64,000 nucleotides of DNA, from positions 620,001 through 684,000 of the forward strand of contig CAXHJY010000105.1 of NCBI GenBank assembly GCA_964016885.1, given 5' to 3'. The position numbers were made by a program, and so were the translations under genes. The notes below the pieces were generated by a model that searched no databases, was not told the origin of the DNA, and was given only the letters and a program-made list of their open reading frames with translations. This document shows positions 27,201 to 40,212 of this stretch, one piece after another. Every line of letters starts with the position of its first letter. The stretch's first letter is position 1. Source of the DNA: Eledone cirrhosa (taxonomy: Eukaryota).

Positions 27201-30200
27201 TACATAAGTTAGTGTGGGAGGAGTTGTTGGGGAGAGAGAGATTACATAGGTTAGTGTGGGGGGAGTTGTTGGGGAGAGAGATAACATAGGTTAGTGTGGG
27301 GGGAGTTGTTGGGGAGAGAGATAACATAGGTTAGTGTGGGGGGAGTTGTTGGGTAGAGAGAGATAACATAGGTTAGTGTAAGGGGAGTTGTGAAGAGAGA
27401 GATAACATAGGTCAGTCTGGGGGGAGTTGTTGGGGAGAGAGAGATAACATAGGTCAGTGTGGGAGGAGTTGTTGGGGGGAGAGAGATAACATAGGTTAGT
27501 GTGGGGGGAGTTGTTGGGGAGAGAGAGATAACATAGGTTAGTGTGGGGGGAGTTGTTGGGGAGAGATAACATAGGTTAGTGTGGGGGGAGTTGTTGGGAA
27601 GAGAGAGATGACATAGGTTAGTGTGGGGGGAGTTGTTGGGGAGAGAGAGATAACATAGGTTAGTGTGGGGGGAGTTGTTGGGGAGAGAGAGATAACATAG
27701 TTTAGTGTGGGGGGAGTTGTTGGGGAGAGAGAGATAACAGAGTTCAGTGTGGGGGGAGTTGTTGAGGAGAGAGAGATAACATAGGTTAGTGTGGGGGGAG
27801 TTGTTGGGGAGAGAGAGATAACATAGCTTAGTGTGGGGGGAGTTGTTGGGAAGAGAGAGATGACATAGGTTAGTGTGGGGGGAGTTGTTGGGGAGAGAGA
27901 GATAACATAGGTTAGTGTTGGGGGAGAGAGAGATAACATAGGTTTGTGTGGGGGGAGTTGTTGGGGAGAGAGAGATAACATAGGTTAGTGTTGGGGGAGT
28001 TGTTGGGGAGAGAGAGATAACATAGGTTAGTGTGGGGAGAGTTGTTGTGAAGAGAGAGATAACATAGGTCAGTGTGGGGGAGTTGTTGGGGAGAGAGAGA
28101 TAACATAGGTTAGTGTGGGGGGAGTTGTTGGGGAGAGAGAGATAACAGAGGTCAGTGTGGGGGGAGTTGTTGGGGAGAGAGATAACATAGGTTAGTGTGG
28201 GGGGAGTTGTTGGGGAGAGAGAGATAACATAGCTTAGTGTGGGGGGAGTTGTTGGGGGAGAGAGAGATGACATAGGTTAGTGTGGGGGGAGTTGTTGGGG
28301 AGAGAGAGATGACATAGGTTAGTGTGGGGGGAGTGGTTGGGAGGAGAGAGATAACATAGGTTAGTGTGAGGGGAGTTGTTGGGAAGAGAGAGATAACATA
28401 GGTTAGTGTAAGGAGAGTTGTTGGGGAGAGAGAGATAACATAGGTTAGTGTCGGGGGAGTTGTTGGGGAGAGAGAGATAACAGAGGTCAGTATGAGGGGA
28501 GTTGTTGGGGAGAGAGAGATAACATAGCTTAGTGTGGGGGGAGTTGTTAGGGAGAGAGAGATGACATAGGTTAGTGTGGGGGGAGTTGTTGGGGAGAGAG
28601 AGATAAAATAGTTTATTAGTGTGGGGGAGTGAGATGACATAGGTTAGTGTTGGGGGAGTTGTTGGGGAGAGAGAGATAACATAGGTTAGTGTGGGGGGAG
28701 TTGTTGGGGAGAGAGAGATAACATAGGTTAGTGTGGGGGGACTTGTTGGGGAGAGAGAGATAACATAGGTTAGTGTGGGGGGAGTTGTTGGGGAGAGAGA
28801 GATAACATAGGTTAGTGTAGGGGTAGTTGTTGGGGAGTGAGAGATAACATAGGTTAGTGTGGGGGTAGTTGTTGGGGAGAGAGAGATAACATAGGTTATT
28901 GTGTGGGGAGTTGGGAAGAGAGTGATAACATAGGTTAGTGTGGGGGGAGTTGTTGGGGAGAGAGAGATAACATAGGTCAGTGTGGGGGGAGTTGTTGGGG
29001 AGAGAGATAACATAGGTTAGTGTGGGGGGAGTTGTTGGGGAGAGAGAGATAACATAGGTTAGTGTGGGGGGAGTTGTTGGGGAGAGAGAGAACATAGGTC
29101 AGTGTAGGGGGAGTTGTTGGGGGGAGAGAGATAACATAGGTTAGTGTGGGGGGAGTTGTTGGGGAGATAGAGATAACATAGGTTAGTGTGGGGGGAGTTG
29201 TTGGGGAGAGAGAGATAACATAGGTTAGTGTGGGGGGAGTTGTTGGGGAGAGAGAGATAACATAGGTTAGTGTGGGGGGAGTTGTTGGGGAGAGAGAGAT
29301 AACATAGGTTAGTGTGGGGGGAGGTGGGAAGAGAGAGATAACATAGGTTAGTATGGGGGGAGTTGTTGGGGAGAGAGAGATAACATAGGTTAGTGTGGGG
29401 GGAGTTGTTGGGAAGAGAGAGATGACATAGGTTAGTGTGGGGGGAATTGTTGGGGAGAGAGAGATAACATAGGTTAGTGTGGGGGGAGTTTTTGGGGAGA
29501 GAGAGATAACATAGGTTAGTGTGGGGGGAGTTGTTGGGGAGAGAGAGATAACACAGGTTAGTGTTGGGGGAGTTGTTGGGGAGAGAGAGATAATATAGGT
29601 TAGTGTGGGGGGAGTTGTTGGGGAGAGAGAGATAACATAGGTTAGTGTTGGGGGAGTTGTTGGGGAGAGAGAGATGATATAGGTTAGTGTGGGGGGAGTT
29701 GTTGGGGAGAGAGAGATAACATAGGTTAGTGTGGGGGGAGTTGTTGGGGAGGGAGAGATAACATATGTTAGTGTGGGGGGAGTTGTTGGGGAGAGAGAGA
29801 TAACATAGGTTAGTGTGGCGGAGTTGTTGGGGAGAGAGAAATAACATAGGTTAGTGTGGGGGGAGTTGTTGGGGAGAGAGAGATAACATAGGTCAGTGTG
29901 GGGGGAGTTGTTGGGGAGAGAGAGATTACATAAGTTAGTGTGGGAGGAGTTGTTGGGGAGAGAGATGACATAGGTTAGTGTGGGGGGAGTTGTTGGGGAG
30001 AGAGAGAGATTACATAGGTTAGTGTGGGGGGAGTTGTTGGGGAGAGAGAGATTACATAAGTTAGTGTGGGAGGAGTTGTTGGGGAGAGAGAGATTACATA
30101 GGTTAGTGTGGGGGGAGTTGTTGGGGAGAGAGATAACATAGGTTAGTGTGGGGGGAGTTGTTGGGGAGAGAGATAACATAGATTAGTGTGGGGGGAGTTG

Positions 30201-33200
30201 TTGGGGAGAGAGAGATAACATAGGTTAGTGTAAGGGGAGTTGTGAAGAGAGAGATAACATAGGTCAGTGTGGGGGGAGTTGTTGGGGAGAGAGAGATAAC
30301 ATAGGTCAGTGTGGGAGGAGTTGTTGGGGGGAGAGAGATAACATAGGTTAGTGTGGGGGGAGTTGTTGGGGAGAGAGAGATAACATAGGTTAGTGTGGGG
30401 GGAGTTGTTGGGGAGAGATAACATAGGTTAGTGTGGGGGGAGTTGTTGGGAAGAGAGAGATGACATAGGTTAGTGTGGGGGGAGTTGTTGGGGCGAGAGA
30501 GATAACATAGGTTAGTGTGGGGGGAGTTGTTGGGGAGAGAGAGATAACATAGTTTAGTGTGGGGGGAGTTGTTGGGGAGAGAGAGATAACAAAGTTCAGT
30601 GTGGGGGGAGTTGTTGAGGAGAGAGAGATAACATAGGTTAGTGTGGGGGGAGTTGTTGGGGAGAGAGAGATAACATAGCTTAGTGTGGGGGGAGTTGTTG
30701 GGAAGAGAGAGATGACATAGGTTAGTGTGGGGGGAGTTGTTGGGGAGAGAGAGATAACATAGGTTAGTGTTGGGGGAGTTGTTGGGGAGAGAGAGATAAC
30801 ATAGGTTAGTGTGGGGGGGAGTTGTTGGGGAGAGAGAGATAACATAGGTTAGTGTGGGGGAGTTGTTGGGGAGAGAGAGATAACATAGGTTAGTGTGGGG
30901 GGAGTTGTTGGGGAGAGAGAGATAACATAGTTTAGTGTGGGGGGAGTTGTTGGGGAGAGAGAGATAACAGACGTCAGTGTGGGGGGAGTTGTTGGGGAGA
31001 GAGATAACATAGGTTAGTGTGGGGGGAGTTGTTGGGGAGAGAGAGATAACATAGCTTAGAGTGGGGGGAGTTGTTGGGGGAGAGAGAGATGACATAGGTT
31101 AGTGTGAAGGGAGTTGTTGGGAAGAGAGAGATGACATAGGTTAGTGTGGGGGGAGTTGTTGGGAGGAGAGAGATAACATAGGTTAGTGTGAGGGGAGTTG
31201 TTGGGAAGAGAGAGATAACATAGGTTAGTGTAAGGAGAGTTGTTGGGGAGAGAGAGATAACATAGGTTAGTGTGGGGGGAGTTGTTGGGGAGAGAGAGAT
31301 AACAGAGGTCAGTATGAGGGGAGTTGTTGGGGAGAGAGAGATAACATAGCTTAGTGTGGGGGGAGTTGTTAGGGAGAGAGAGATGTCATAGGTTAGTGTG
31401 GGGGGAGTTGTTGGGGAGAGAGAGATAAAATAGTTTATTAGTGTGGGGGGAGTGAGATGACATAGGTTAGTGTTGGGGGAGTTGTTGGGGAGAGAGAGAT
31501 AACATAGGTTAGTGTAGGGGGAGTTGTTGGGGAGAGAGAGATAACATAGGTTAGTGTGGGGGGAGTTGTTGGGGAGAGAGAGATAACATAGGTTAGTGTA
31601 GGGGTAGTTGTTGGGGAGAGAGAGATAACATAGGTTAGTGTGGGGGTAGTTGTTGGGGAGAGAGATAACATAGGTCAGTGTCGGGGGAGTTGTTGGGGAG
31701 AGAGAGATAACATAGGTTAGTGTGGGGGAGTTGGGAAGAGAGAGATAACATAGGTTAGTGTGGGGGGAGTTGTTGGGGAGAGAGAGAACATAGGTCAGTG
31801 TAGGGGGAGTTGTTGGGGGGAGAGAGATAACATAGGTTAGTGTGGGGGGAGTTGTTGGGGAGATAGAGATAACATAGGTTAGTGTGGGGGGAGTTGTTGG
31901 GGAGAGAGAGATAACATAGGTTAGTGTGGGGGGAGTTGTTGGGGAGAGAGAGATAACATAGGTTAGGGTGGGGGGAGGTGGGAAGAGAGAGATAACATAG
32001 GTTAGTATGGGGGGAGTTGTTGGGGAGAGAGAGATAACATAGGTTAGTGTGGGGGGAGTTGTTGAGGAGAGAGAGATAACATAGGTTAGTGTGGGGGGAG
32101 TTGTTGGGGAGAGAGAGATAACATAGGTTAGTGTGGGGGGAGTTGTTGGGGAGAGAGAGATAACATAGGTTAGGGTGGGGGGAGGTGGGAAGAGAGAGAT
32201 AACATAGGTTAGTATGGGGGGAGTTGTTGGGGAGAGAGAGATAACATAGGTTAGTGTGGGGGGAGTTGTTGGGGAGAGAGAGATAACATAGGTTAGGGTG
32301 GGGGGAGGTGGGAAGAGAGAGATAACATAGGTTAGTATGGGGGGAGTTGTTGGGAAGAGAGAGATGACATAGGTTAGTGTGGGGGGAATTGTTGGGGAGA
32401 GAGAGATAACATAGGTTAGTGTGGGGGGAGTTTTTGGGGAGAGAGAGATAACATAGGTTAGTGTGGGGGGAGTTGTTGGGGAGAGAGAGATAACACAGGT
32501 TAGTGTTGGGGGAGTTGTTGGGGAGAGAGAGATAATATAGGTTAGTGTGGGGGGAGTTGTTGGGGAGAGAGAGATAACATAGGTTAGTGTTGGGGGAGTT
32601 ATTGGGGAGAGAGAGATGATATAGGTTAGTGTGGGGGGAGTTGTTGGGGAGAGAGAGATAACATAGGTTAGTGTGGGGGGAGTTGTTGGGCAGAGAGAGA
32701 TAACATAGGTTAGTGTGGGGGGAGTTGTTGGGGAGAGAGAGATAACATAGGTTAGTGTGGGGGAGTTGTTGGGGAGAGAGAAATAACATAGGTTAGTGTG
32801 GGCGGAGTTGTTGGGGAGAGAGAGATAACATAGGTCAGTGTGGGGGGAGTTGTTGGGGAGAGAGAGATAACATAGGTCAGTGTGGGGGGAGTTGTTGGGG
32901 AGAGAGAGATAACATAGGTTAGTGTGGGGGGAGTTGTTGGGGAGAGAGAGATAACATAGGTTAGTGTGAAGGGAGTTGTGGGGAAGAGAGATAACAAAGG
33001 TTAGTGTGGGGGGAGTTGGGAAGAGAGAGATAACATAGGTTAGTGTGGGGGGAGTTGTTGGGGAGAGAGAGATAACATAGGTTAGTGTGGAGGGAGTTGT
33101 TGGGAAGAGAGAGATAACATAGATTAGTGTGGGGGGAGTTGTTGGGGAGAGAGAGATAACATAGGTTAGTGTGGGGGGAGTTGTTATGGAGAGAGATAAC

Positions 33201-36200
33201 ATAGGTTAGTGTGGGGGAAGTTGTTGGGGAGACAGATAACATAGGTTAGTGTGGGGGGAGTTGTTGGGGAGAGAGAGATAACATAGGTTAGTGTGGGGGT
33301 AGTTGTTGGGGAGAGAGATAACATAGGTCAGTGTGGGGGGAGTTGTTGGGGAGAGAGATTACGTAGGTTAGTGTGGGGGAGTTGTTGGGGAGAGAGGGAT
33401 TACATAGGTTAGTGTGGGGGGAGTTGTTGGGGAGAGAGATAACATAGGTTAGCATGGGGGAGTTGTTGGGGAGAGAGAGATAACACAGGTTAGTGTTGGG
33501 GGAGTTGTTGGGGAGAGAGAGATAATATAGGTTAGTGTGGGGGGAGTTGTTGGGGAGAGAGAGATAACATAGGTTAGTGTTGGGGGAGTTGTTGGGGAGA
33601 GAGAGATGATATAGGTTAGTGTGGGGGGAGTTGTTGGGGAGAGAGAGATAACATAGGTTAGTGTGGGGGGAGTTGTTGGGGAGAGAGAGATAACATAGGT
33701 TAGTGTGGGGGGAGTTGTTGGGGAGAGAGAGATAACATAGGTTAGTGTGGGGGAGTTGTTGGGGAGAGAGAAATAACATAGGTTAGTGTGGGGGGAGTTG
33801 TTGGGGAGAGAGAGATAACATAGGTCAGTGTGGGGGGAGTTGTTGAGGAGAGAGAGATAACATAGGTCAGTGTGGGGGGAGTTGTTGGGGAGAGAGAGAT
33901 AACATAGGTTAGTGTGGGGGGAGTTGTTGGGGAGAGAGAGATAACATAGGTTAGTGTGAAGGGAGTTGTGGGGAAGAGAGATAACAAAGGTTAGTGTGGG
34001 GGGAGTTAGGAAGAGAGAGATAAAATAGGTTAGTATGGGGGGAATTGTTGGGGAGAGAGAGATAACATAGGTTAGTGTGGGGGGAGTTGTTGGGGAGAGA
34101 GAGATAACATAGGTTAGTGTGGAGGGAGTTGTTGGGAAGAGAGAGATAACATAGATTAGTGTGGGGGGAGTTGTTGGGGAGAGAGAGATAACATAGGTTA
34201 GTGTGGGGGGAGTTGTTATGGAGAGAGATAACATAGGTTAGTGTGGGGGAAGTTGTTGGGGAGACAGATAACATAGGTTAGTGTGGGGGGAGTTGTTGGG
34301 GAGAGAGAGATAACATAGGTTAGTGTGGGGGTAGTTGTTGGGGAGAGAGATAACATAGGTCAGTGTGGGGGGAGTTGTTGGGGAGAGAGATTACGTAGGT
34401 TAGTGTGGGGGAGTTGTTGGGGAGAGAGAGATAACATAGGTTCGTGTGGGGGGAGTTGTTGGAGAGAGAGAGATAACATAGGTTAGTGTGGGGGGAGTTG
34501 TTGGGGAGAGAGAGATAACATAGGTTAGTGTGGGGGGAAGTGGGAAGAGAGAGATAACATAGCTTAGTATGGGGGGAGTTGTTGGGGAGAGAGAGATAAC
34601 ATAGGTTAGTGTGGGGGGAGTTGTTGGGAAGAGAGAGATGACATAGGTTAGTGTGGGGGGAATTGTTGGGGAGAGAGAGATATCATAGGTTAGTGTGGGG
34701 GAAGTTGTTGGGGAGACAGAGATAACATAGTTTCGTATGGGGGGAGTTGTTGGGGAGAGAGAGATAACATAGGTTAGTGTGGGGAGAGTTGTTGAGAAGA
34801 GAGAGATAACATAGGTTAGTGTGGGGGGAGTTGTTGGGGAGAGAGAGATAACATAGGTTAGTGTGGGGGGAATTGTTGGGGAGAGAGAGATATCATAGGT
34901 TAGTGTTGGGGGAGTTGTTGGGGAGAGAAAGTTAACATAGGTTAGTGTTGGGGGAGTTGTTGGGTAGAGAGAGATAACATAGGTTAGAGTGGGGGGAGTT
35001 GTTGGGAAGAGAGAGATGACATAGGTTAGTGTGGGGGGAATTGTTGGGGAGAGAGAGATATCATAGGTTAGTGTGGGGGGAGTTGTTGGGGAGACATAGA
35101 TAACATAGTTTCGTGTGGGGGGAGTTGTTGGGGAGAGAGAGATAACATAGGTTAGTGTTGGGGGAGTTGTTGGGTAGAGAGAGATAACATAGGTTAGTGT
35201 GGGGAGAGTTGTTGGGGAGAGGGAGATAACATAGGTTAGTGTGGGGGGAGTTGTTGGGGAGAGAGAGTAACAGAGGTCAGTGTGGTGGGAGTTGTTGGGG
35301 AGAGAGAGATAACATAGCTTAGTGTGGGGGGAGTTGTTGGGAAGACAGAGATGACATAGGTTAGTGTGGGGGGAGTTGTTGGGGAGAGAGAGATAACATA
35401 GGTTAGTGTGGGGGGAGTTGTTGGGGAGAGAGAGATAACATAGATTAGTGTGGGGAGAGTTGTTGTGAAGAGAGAGATAACATAGGTCAGTGTGGGGGAG
35501 TTGTTGGGGAGAGAGAGATAACATAGGTTAGTGTGGGGGGAGTTGTTGGGGAGAGGGAGATAACATAGGTTAGTGTAGGGGGGAGTTGTTGGGAAGAGAG
35601 AGATAACATAGTTTAGTGTGGGGGGAGTTGTTGGGGAGAGAGAGATAACAGAGGTCAGTGTGGGGGGAGTTGTTGGGGAGAGAGATAACATAGGTTAGTG
35701 TGGGGGGAGTTGTTGTGAAGAGAGAGATAACATAGCTTAGTGTGGGGGGAGTTGTTGGGGGAGAGAGAGATGACATAGGTTAGTGTGGGGGGAGTTGTTG
35801 GGAGGAGAGAGATAACATAGGTTAGTGTGAGGGGAGTTGTTGGGAAGAGAGAGATAACATAGGTTAGTGTAAGGAGAGTTATTGGGGAGAGAGAGATAAC
35901 ATAGGTTAGTGTGGGGGGAGTTGTTGGGGAGAGAGAGATAACAGAGGTCAGTATGAGGGGAGTTGTTGGGGAGAGAGAGATAACATAGGTTAGTGTGGGG
36001 GGAGTTGTTGGGGGGAGAGAGATAACATAGTTTACTGTGGGGGGAGTTGTTGGGGAGAGAGAGATAGCATAGGTTAGTGTGGGGGGAGTTGTTGGGGGGA
36101 GAGAGAGAGATAACATAGGTTAGTGTGAGGGGAGTTTTTGGGAAGAGAGATAACATAGGTTAGTGTGGGGGGAGTTGTTGGGGAGAGAGAGATAACATAG

Positions 36201-37676
36201 TTTAGTGTGGGGGGAGTTGTTGGGAAGAGAGATAACATAGGTTAGTGTGGGGGGAGTTGTTGGGGAGAGAGAGATAACATAGGTCAGTGTGGGGGAGTTG
36301 TTGGGGAGAGAAAGATAACATAGGTTAGTGTGGGGGGAGTTGTTGGGGAGAGAGAGATAACATAGGTTAGTGTGGGGGGAGTTGTTGGGGAGAGAGAGAT
36401 AACATAGGTTAGTGTGAGGGGAGTTGTTGGGAAGAGAGAGATAACATAGGTTAGTGTGGGGAGAGTTGTTGGGGAGAGAGAGATAACATAGGTTAGTGTG
36501 GGGGGAATTGTTGGGGAGAGAGAGATGACATAGGTTAGTGTGGGGGGAGTTGTTGGGGAGAGAGAGATAACATAGTTTAGTGTGAGAGGAGTTGTTGGGG
36601 AGAGAGAGATAACATAGGTTAGTGTTGGGGGAGTTGTTGGGGAGAGAGAGATAACATAGGTTAGTGTTGGGGGAGGTGTTGGGGAGAGAGAGATAACATA
36701 CGTTTGTGTGGGGGGAGTTGGTGGGGAGAGAGAGATAACATAGGTTAGTGTGGGGGGGGAGGAGAGAGAGATAACATAGGTTAGTGTGGGGCAGTTGTTG
36801 GGGAGAGAGAGAACATAGGTTAGTGTGGGGGGAGTTGTTGGGGAGAGAGAGATAACATAGGTTAGTGTGGGGGGAGTTGTTGGGGAGAGAGATAACATAC
36901 GTTAGTGTGGGGGGAGTTGTTGGGGAGAGAGAGATAACATAGGTCAGTGTGGGGGGAGTTGTTAGGGAGAGATAATATAGGTTAGTGTGGGGGGAGTTGG
37001 GAAGAGAGAGAGATAACATAGGTTAGTGTGGGGCGATTCGTTGGGGAGAGAGAGATAACATAGGTCAGTGTGGGGGGAGTTGTTGGGAAGAGAGAGATAA
37101 CATAGGTTAGTGTGGGAGGAGTTGTTGGGGAGAGAGAGATAACATAGGTTAGTGTGGGGGGAGTTGTTGGGGAGAGAGAGATAACATAGGTCAGTGTGGG
37201 GGGAGTTGTTAGGGAGAGATAACATAGGTTAGTGTGGGGGGAGTTGTTGGGGAGAGAGATAACATAGGGTAGTGTGCGGGGAGTTGTTGGGGAGAGAGAG
37301 ATAACATAGGTTAGTGTGGGGGGAGTTGTTGGGGAGAGAGAGATAACATAGGTTAGTGTGGGGGGAGTTGTTGGGGAGAGAGAGATAACATAGGTTAGTG
37401 TGGGGGGAGTTGTTGGGAAGAGAGAGATAACATAGGTTGGTGTGGGGGGAGTTGGGAAGAGAGAGATAACATAGGTTAGTGTGGGGCGATTCGTTGGGGA
37501 GAGAGAGATAACATAGGTCAGTGTGGGGGGAGTTGTTGGGAAGAGAGAGATAACATAGGTTAGTGTTGGGGGAGTTGTTGGGGAGAGAGAGATAACATAG
37601 GTTAGTGTGGGCGGAGTTGTTGGGGAGAGAGAGATAACATAGGTTAGTGTGGGGGGAGTTGTTGGGAAGAGAGAGT
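15197..37676. repeat. Satellite 2: ~42-bp G-rich array (GGGGAGAGAGAGATAACATAGGTTAGTGTGGGGGGAGTTGTT), ~530 copies, derived from the host 3' splice junction
   Basis: 38-44 nt periodicity from variable (GA)n; the unit aligns to the intron end plus the first ~24 nt of exon 15233. Confidence 0.98.
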
Positions 37677-37759
37677 ATTTAATACTTAAACAAGTCAAAT
37701 TTCAAAAAATACTAAAACTCAAGATCTCACTTTGATATGTGTGTTTTTCCTATGTGTAT

Positions 37760-37806
37760 ATCATCATCATCATCGTTTAACGTCTATCTTCCATTCTAGC
37801 ATGGGT

Positions 37807-37808
<2 letters not shown>
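37760..37808 (-). mobile_element. RTE-type SINE/LINE 3' tail remnant
   Basis: (CAT)n-CGTTTAACGTC...CATTCTAGCATGGGTT, same tail family as 13883 and 40170-40212. Confidence 0.6.
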
Positions 37809-37839
<31 letters not shown>

Positions 37840-37892
37840 AGATTCTAGTACTGATATTATTTAAGAATTTAGTACTGATATTATTTACGAAA

Positions 37893-38946
37893 CTTCGTAA
37901 ATAATATCAGTACTAGAATCTCTAACCTCTCCTCTAATAAAGCTATCTTTGACAGAGCGGCCCCCTACTATAACATAGCGTTAGCTAACAGCGGCTTCTC
38001 GCAATCAATTACTTACTCCCCACTAACAACAACAGCAATAAAAAAAGAAAGCGTAACAATAGACAAACTATCTGGTTCTCTCCTCCCTTCTCACTCAATG
38101 TTAAAACTAATGTAGGAAAAACATTTTTAGCCCTCTTAGATAGACACTTTCCCATAGGTCACAAATACTGCTCCATCTTTAACAGACAGAAAGTAAAAGT
38201 AGGGTACCCCTGCGCTAAAAATATGAAGGCCCACATCACCAACAGTCCTAAGAGCAGCACCCCACCAGGGTGCTCTTGCCGAAAGCCTGAAGCTTGTCCC
38301 CTTCAACAGCAATGCAACACACCCGCTGTAGTTTATGAAGCTGTGGTCACTTCCAACCAACCAAATCAACCACAGGAGGTCAAATCCTATGTGGGTATTA
38401 TGGTGGGCCGATTTAAGCAATGCTTCCTGAACCACCAGTCGACCTTTAGGTACCCGGACAAACGATCAGCCACGAAACACGCGAGCCACATATGGTCCCT
38501 CAAGGACTCAAGTATAGACTACGCCATTCAATGGAAAGCCATCACTAAGTCCAAGTTGCAAGGGGCAACCCGTCGTGTGGACTATGTATTGAAGAACGGA
38601 TAAATATTCTAAAGAGATTACGCAATAGTGATTACCTAAATTTCAAGAAATGAATTCTTCACACGTTGTCCACATGTCTGGAAACACTTCTTACATAACT
38701 ACAAAGCTCCGGATTGAACAACAACATCCTAATTTTCTTAATTAGAATCTTTAAGACTTTTGCAGTTATCTCCCTTACACCTCTCGCACGCAGTTTTGTC
38801 TTGCCTGGGTGAAGTGACTGTTCCTGCGCATGATGGTTCATACGGTTGTCCTTCCTGTTACGCATAACCATGTCCATTACGAGCTGAAGATCCACTAAGG
38901 TGAAACAATTGTTTTCGTTATGGTGAAATAACTGTTGTGTTACCAC

Positions 38947-38950
<4 letters not shown>
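37893..38950 (+). mobile_element. 5'-truncated, frameshifted Penelope-like retroelement (RT thumb/linker, GIY-YIG endonuclease, 3' pLTR region)
   Basis: Translates to RISNLSSNKAIFDRAAPYYNIALANSGF / IWFSPPFSLNVKTNVGKTFLALLDRHFP / CSCRKPEACPLQQQC..VVYEAVV / SYVGIMVGRFKQCFLNH..HIWSLK, typical PLE motifs. Confidence 0.88.
38874..38923 (+). ncRNA. Minimal type I hammerhead ribozyme at the PLE 3' end
   Basis: CCATTACGAG-CTGAAGA-TCCACTAAGGT-GAAAC-AATT-GTT-TTCGTTATGG: core CUGANGA and GAAA, stem I CCATTACGAG/TTCGTTATGG, palindromic stem III AACAATTGTT. Confidence 0.72.
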
Positions 38951-38985
<35 letters not shown>

Positions 38986-39429
38986 CATACATACAGATAC
39001 ATACTTCGTTTTTGAATTTGTTTTGCAAGATTTCTTATCTGAAAACCTGTGTTGAAACAGATATTGTTATACTTTGGGAGGGCCATGTTGGCAATATAAA
39101 CACATGTACCTGTTGGTTTTCACTTCAATTTATTACAAATTTCCAGTTGGTTGGTTCGATAACCAGATGGTTGGTTATATATTGTCAAAGCTCTTTCATC
39201 ACACATTCTGTGACCTCCTCAGTGACTAGGTTTTTATTTTATGTCTCTCCTTTGTTCTGTCCTACACCAATAGTCTAAATAGTCTAGGACATATAAGGAG
39301 GTTTCTATGTCCTACACTATTTTTCTGTAGTAAAATAATTCAATGAAGCATCTTTCTCATAAACACATACATACATACACACACACACATATACATACAT
39401 GCATTCACACATACATACATACATACACT

Positions 39430-39575
39430 GTGAAGGTGAATGGCTTAGTGGTTAAAACATTGGGCTTGCAATTGAAAGGTTGTGAGTTCAATTCTCGGTC
39501 CGGGTGATGTGTTGTTTCCTTGAGCAAGACACTTTATTTCACGTTGCTCCAGTTTACTCAGCTGTAGAAATGAGA
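39430..39575 (+). mobile_element. tRNA-derived SINE 5' part
   Basis: A box TGGCTTAGTGG, B box GAGTTCAATTC, body CTTGAGCAAGACACTTTATTTCACGTTGCTCCAG; closely related to 60818-61020. Confidence 0.8.
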
Positions 39576-39791
39576 TTATAGAACTGGGGTCCCTATCATT
39601 AAATTACCCAAGACACCTCCAACGAGATATACCTTGGAGGAAGCCAGCTAAACCTGCATAGGTGTGAGCTGTCACACACACATACATACACACATACATA
39701 CACATGCACACATTCGTATGTAATGATGACATTTATATAAGAAATATTATAGAAAGTATTGAATCAGTAAAGTAGAAATTATTCCACTTAC

Positions 39792-39849
39792 ATTCGAGAA
39801 GTTCAACCATTTGGTAAGGATTGTCCTAAATGCTGTGAAAGAACATCTT
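39792..39849 (-). CDS. Host gene coding exon (58 nt): (Q)RCSFTAFRTILTKWLNFSN
   Basis: Acceptor tatcttgtttttcAG, donor AAT|GTAAGT. Phase 2 in (CA+A = Gln), phase 0 out. Confidence 0.87.
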
Positions 39850-40074
39850 CTGAAAAACAAGATATTGGAATATTACAGAATATATCTTTGATAACACATT
39901 GCTTCATACACACAGTAGCAAATATTGATTTCATTAAGATATTATATACAGAATTTCATTAACAAAATATATACATATTGTTCATATAGAGTCGGACCAA
40001 CGGCTGACCTGTTGCTGTTACAACAGCAAGTTCCAGAAAGAAAGATATATATATCAGACTGATATATATATATT

Positions 40075-40212
40075 GTCATTAGGAAGGCCATCCAGCGATG
40101 GAAGCCTATCCAGAAACAGTCCGATATGAGTAAGACATGGTTACCTGACCCAACTTACCTCAAATGGGACGACTCATCTAACCCATGCTAGTGTGGAAAA
40201 TGGACACTAAAA
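40075..40212 (+). mobile_element. SINE remnant with RTE-like tail
   Basis: AGGAAGGCCATCCAGC...AACCCATGCTAGTGTGGAAAATGGAC, related to tails at 13883 and 37760. Confidence 0.55.

Noticed and set aside
15300-37698. Mucin-like SPTTPPTLTYVISL / PNNSPHTNLCYLSL ORFs up to 742 aa
   Set aside because: Satellite translation with constant (GA)n frameshifts; only 15233-15061 has both splice sites and unique sequence.
39430-39505. tRNA gene (also at 60818)
   Set aside because: A and B boxes run into a SINE body; no complete cloverleaf.
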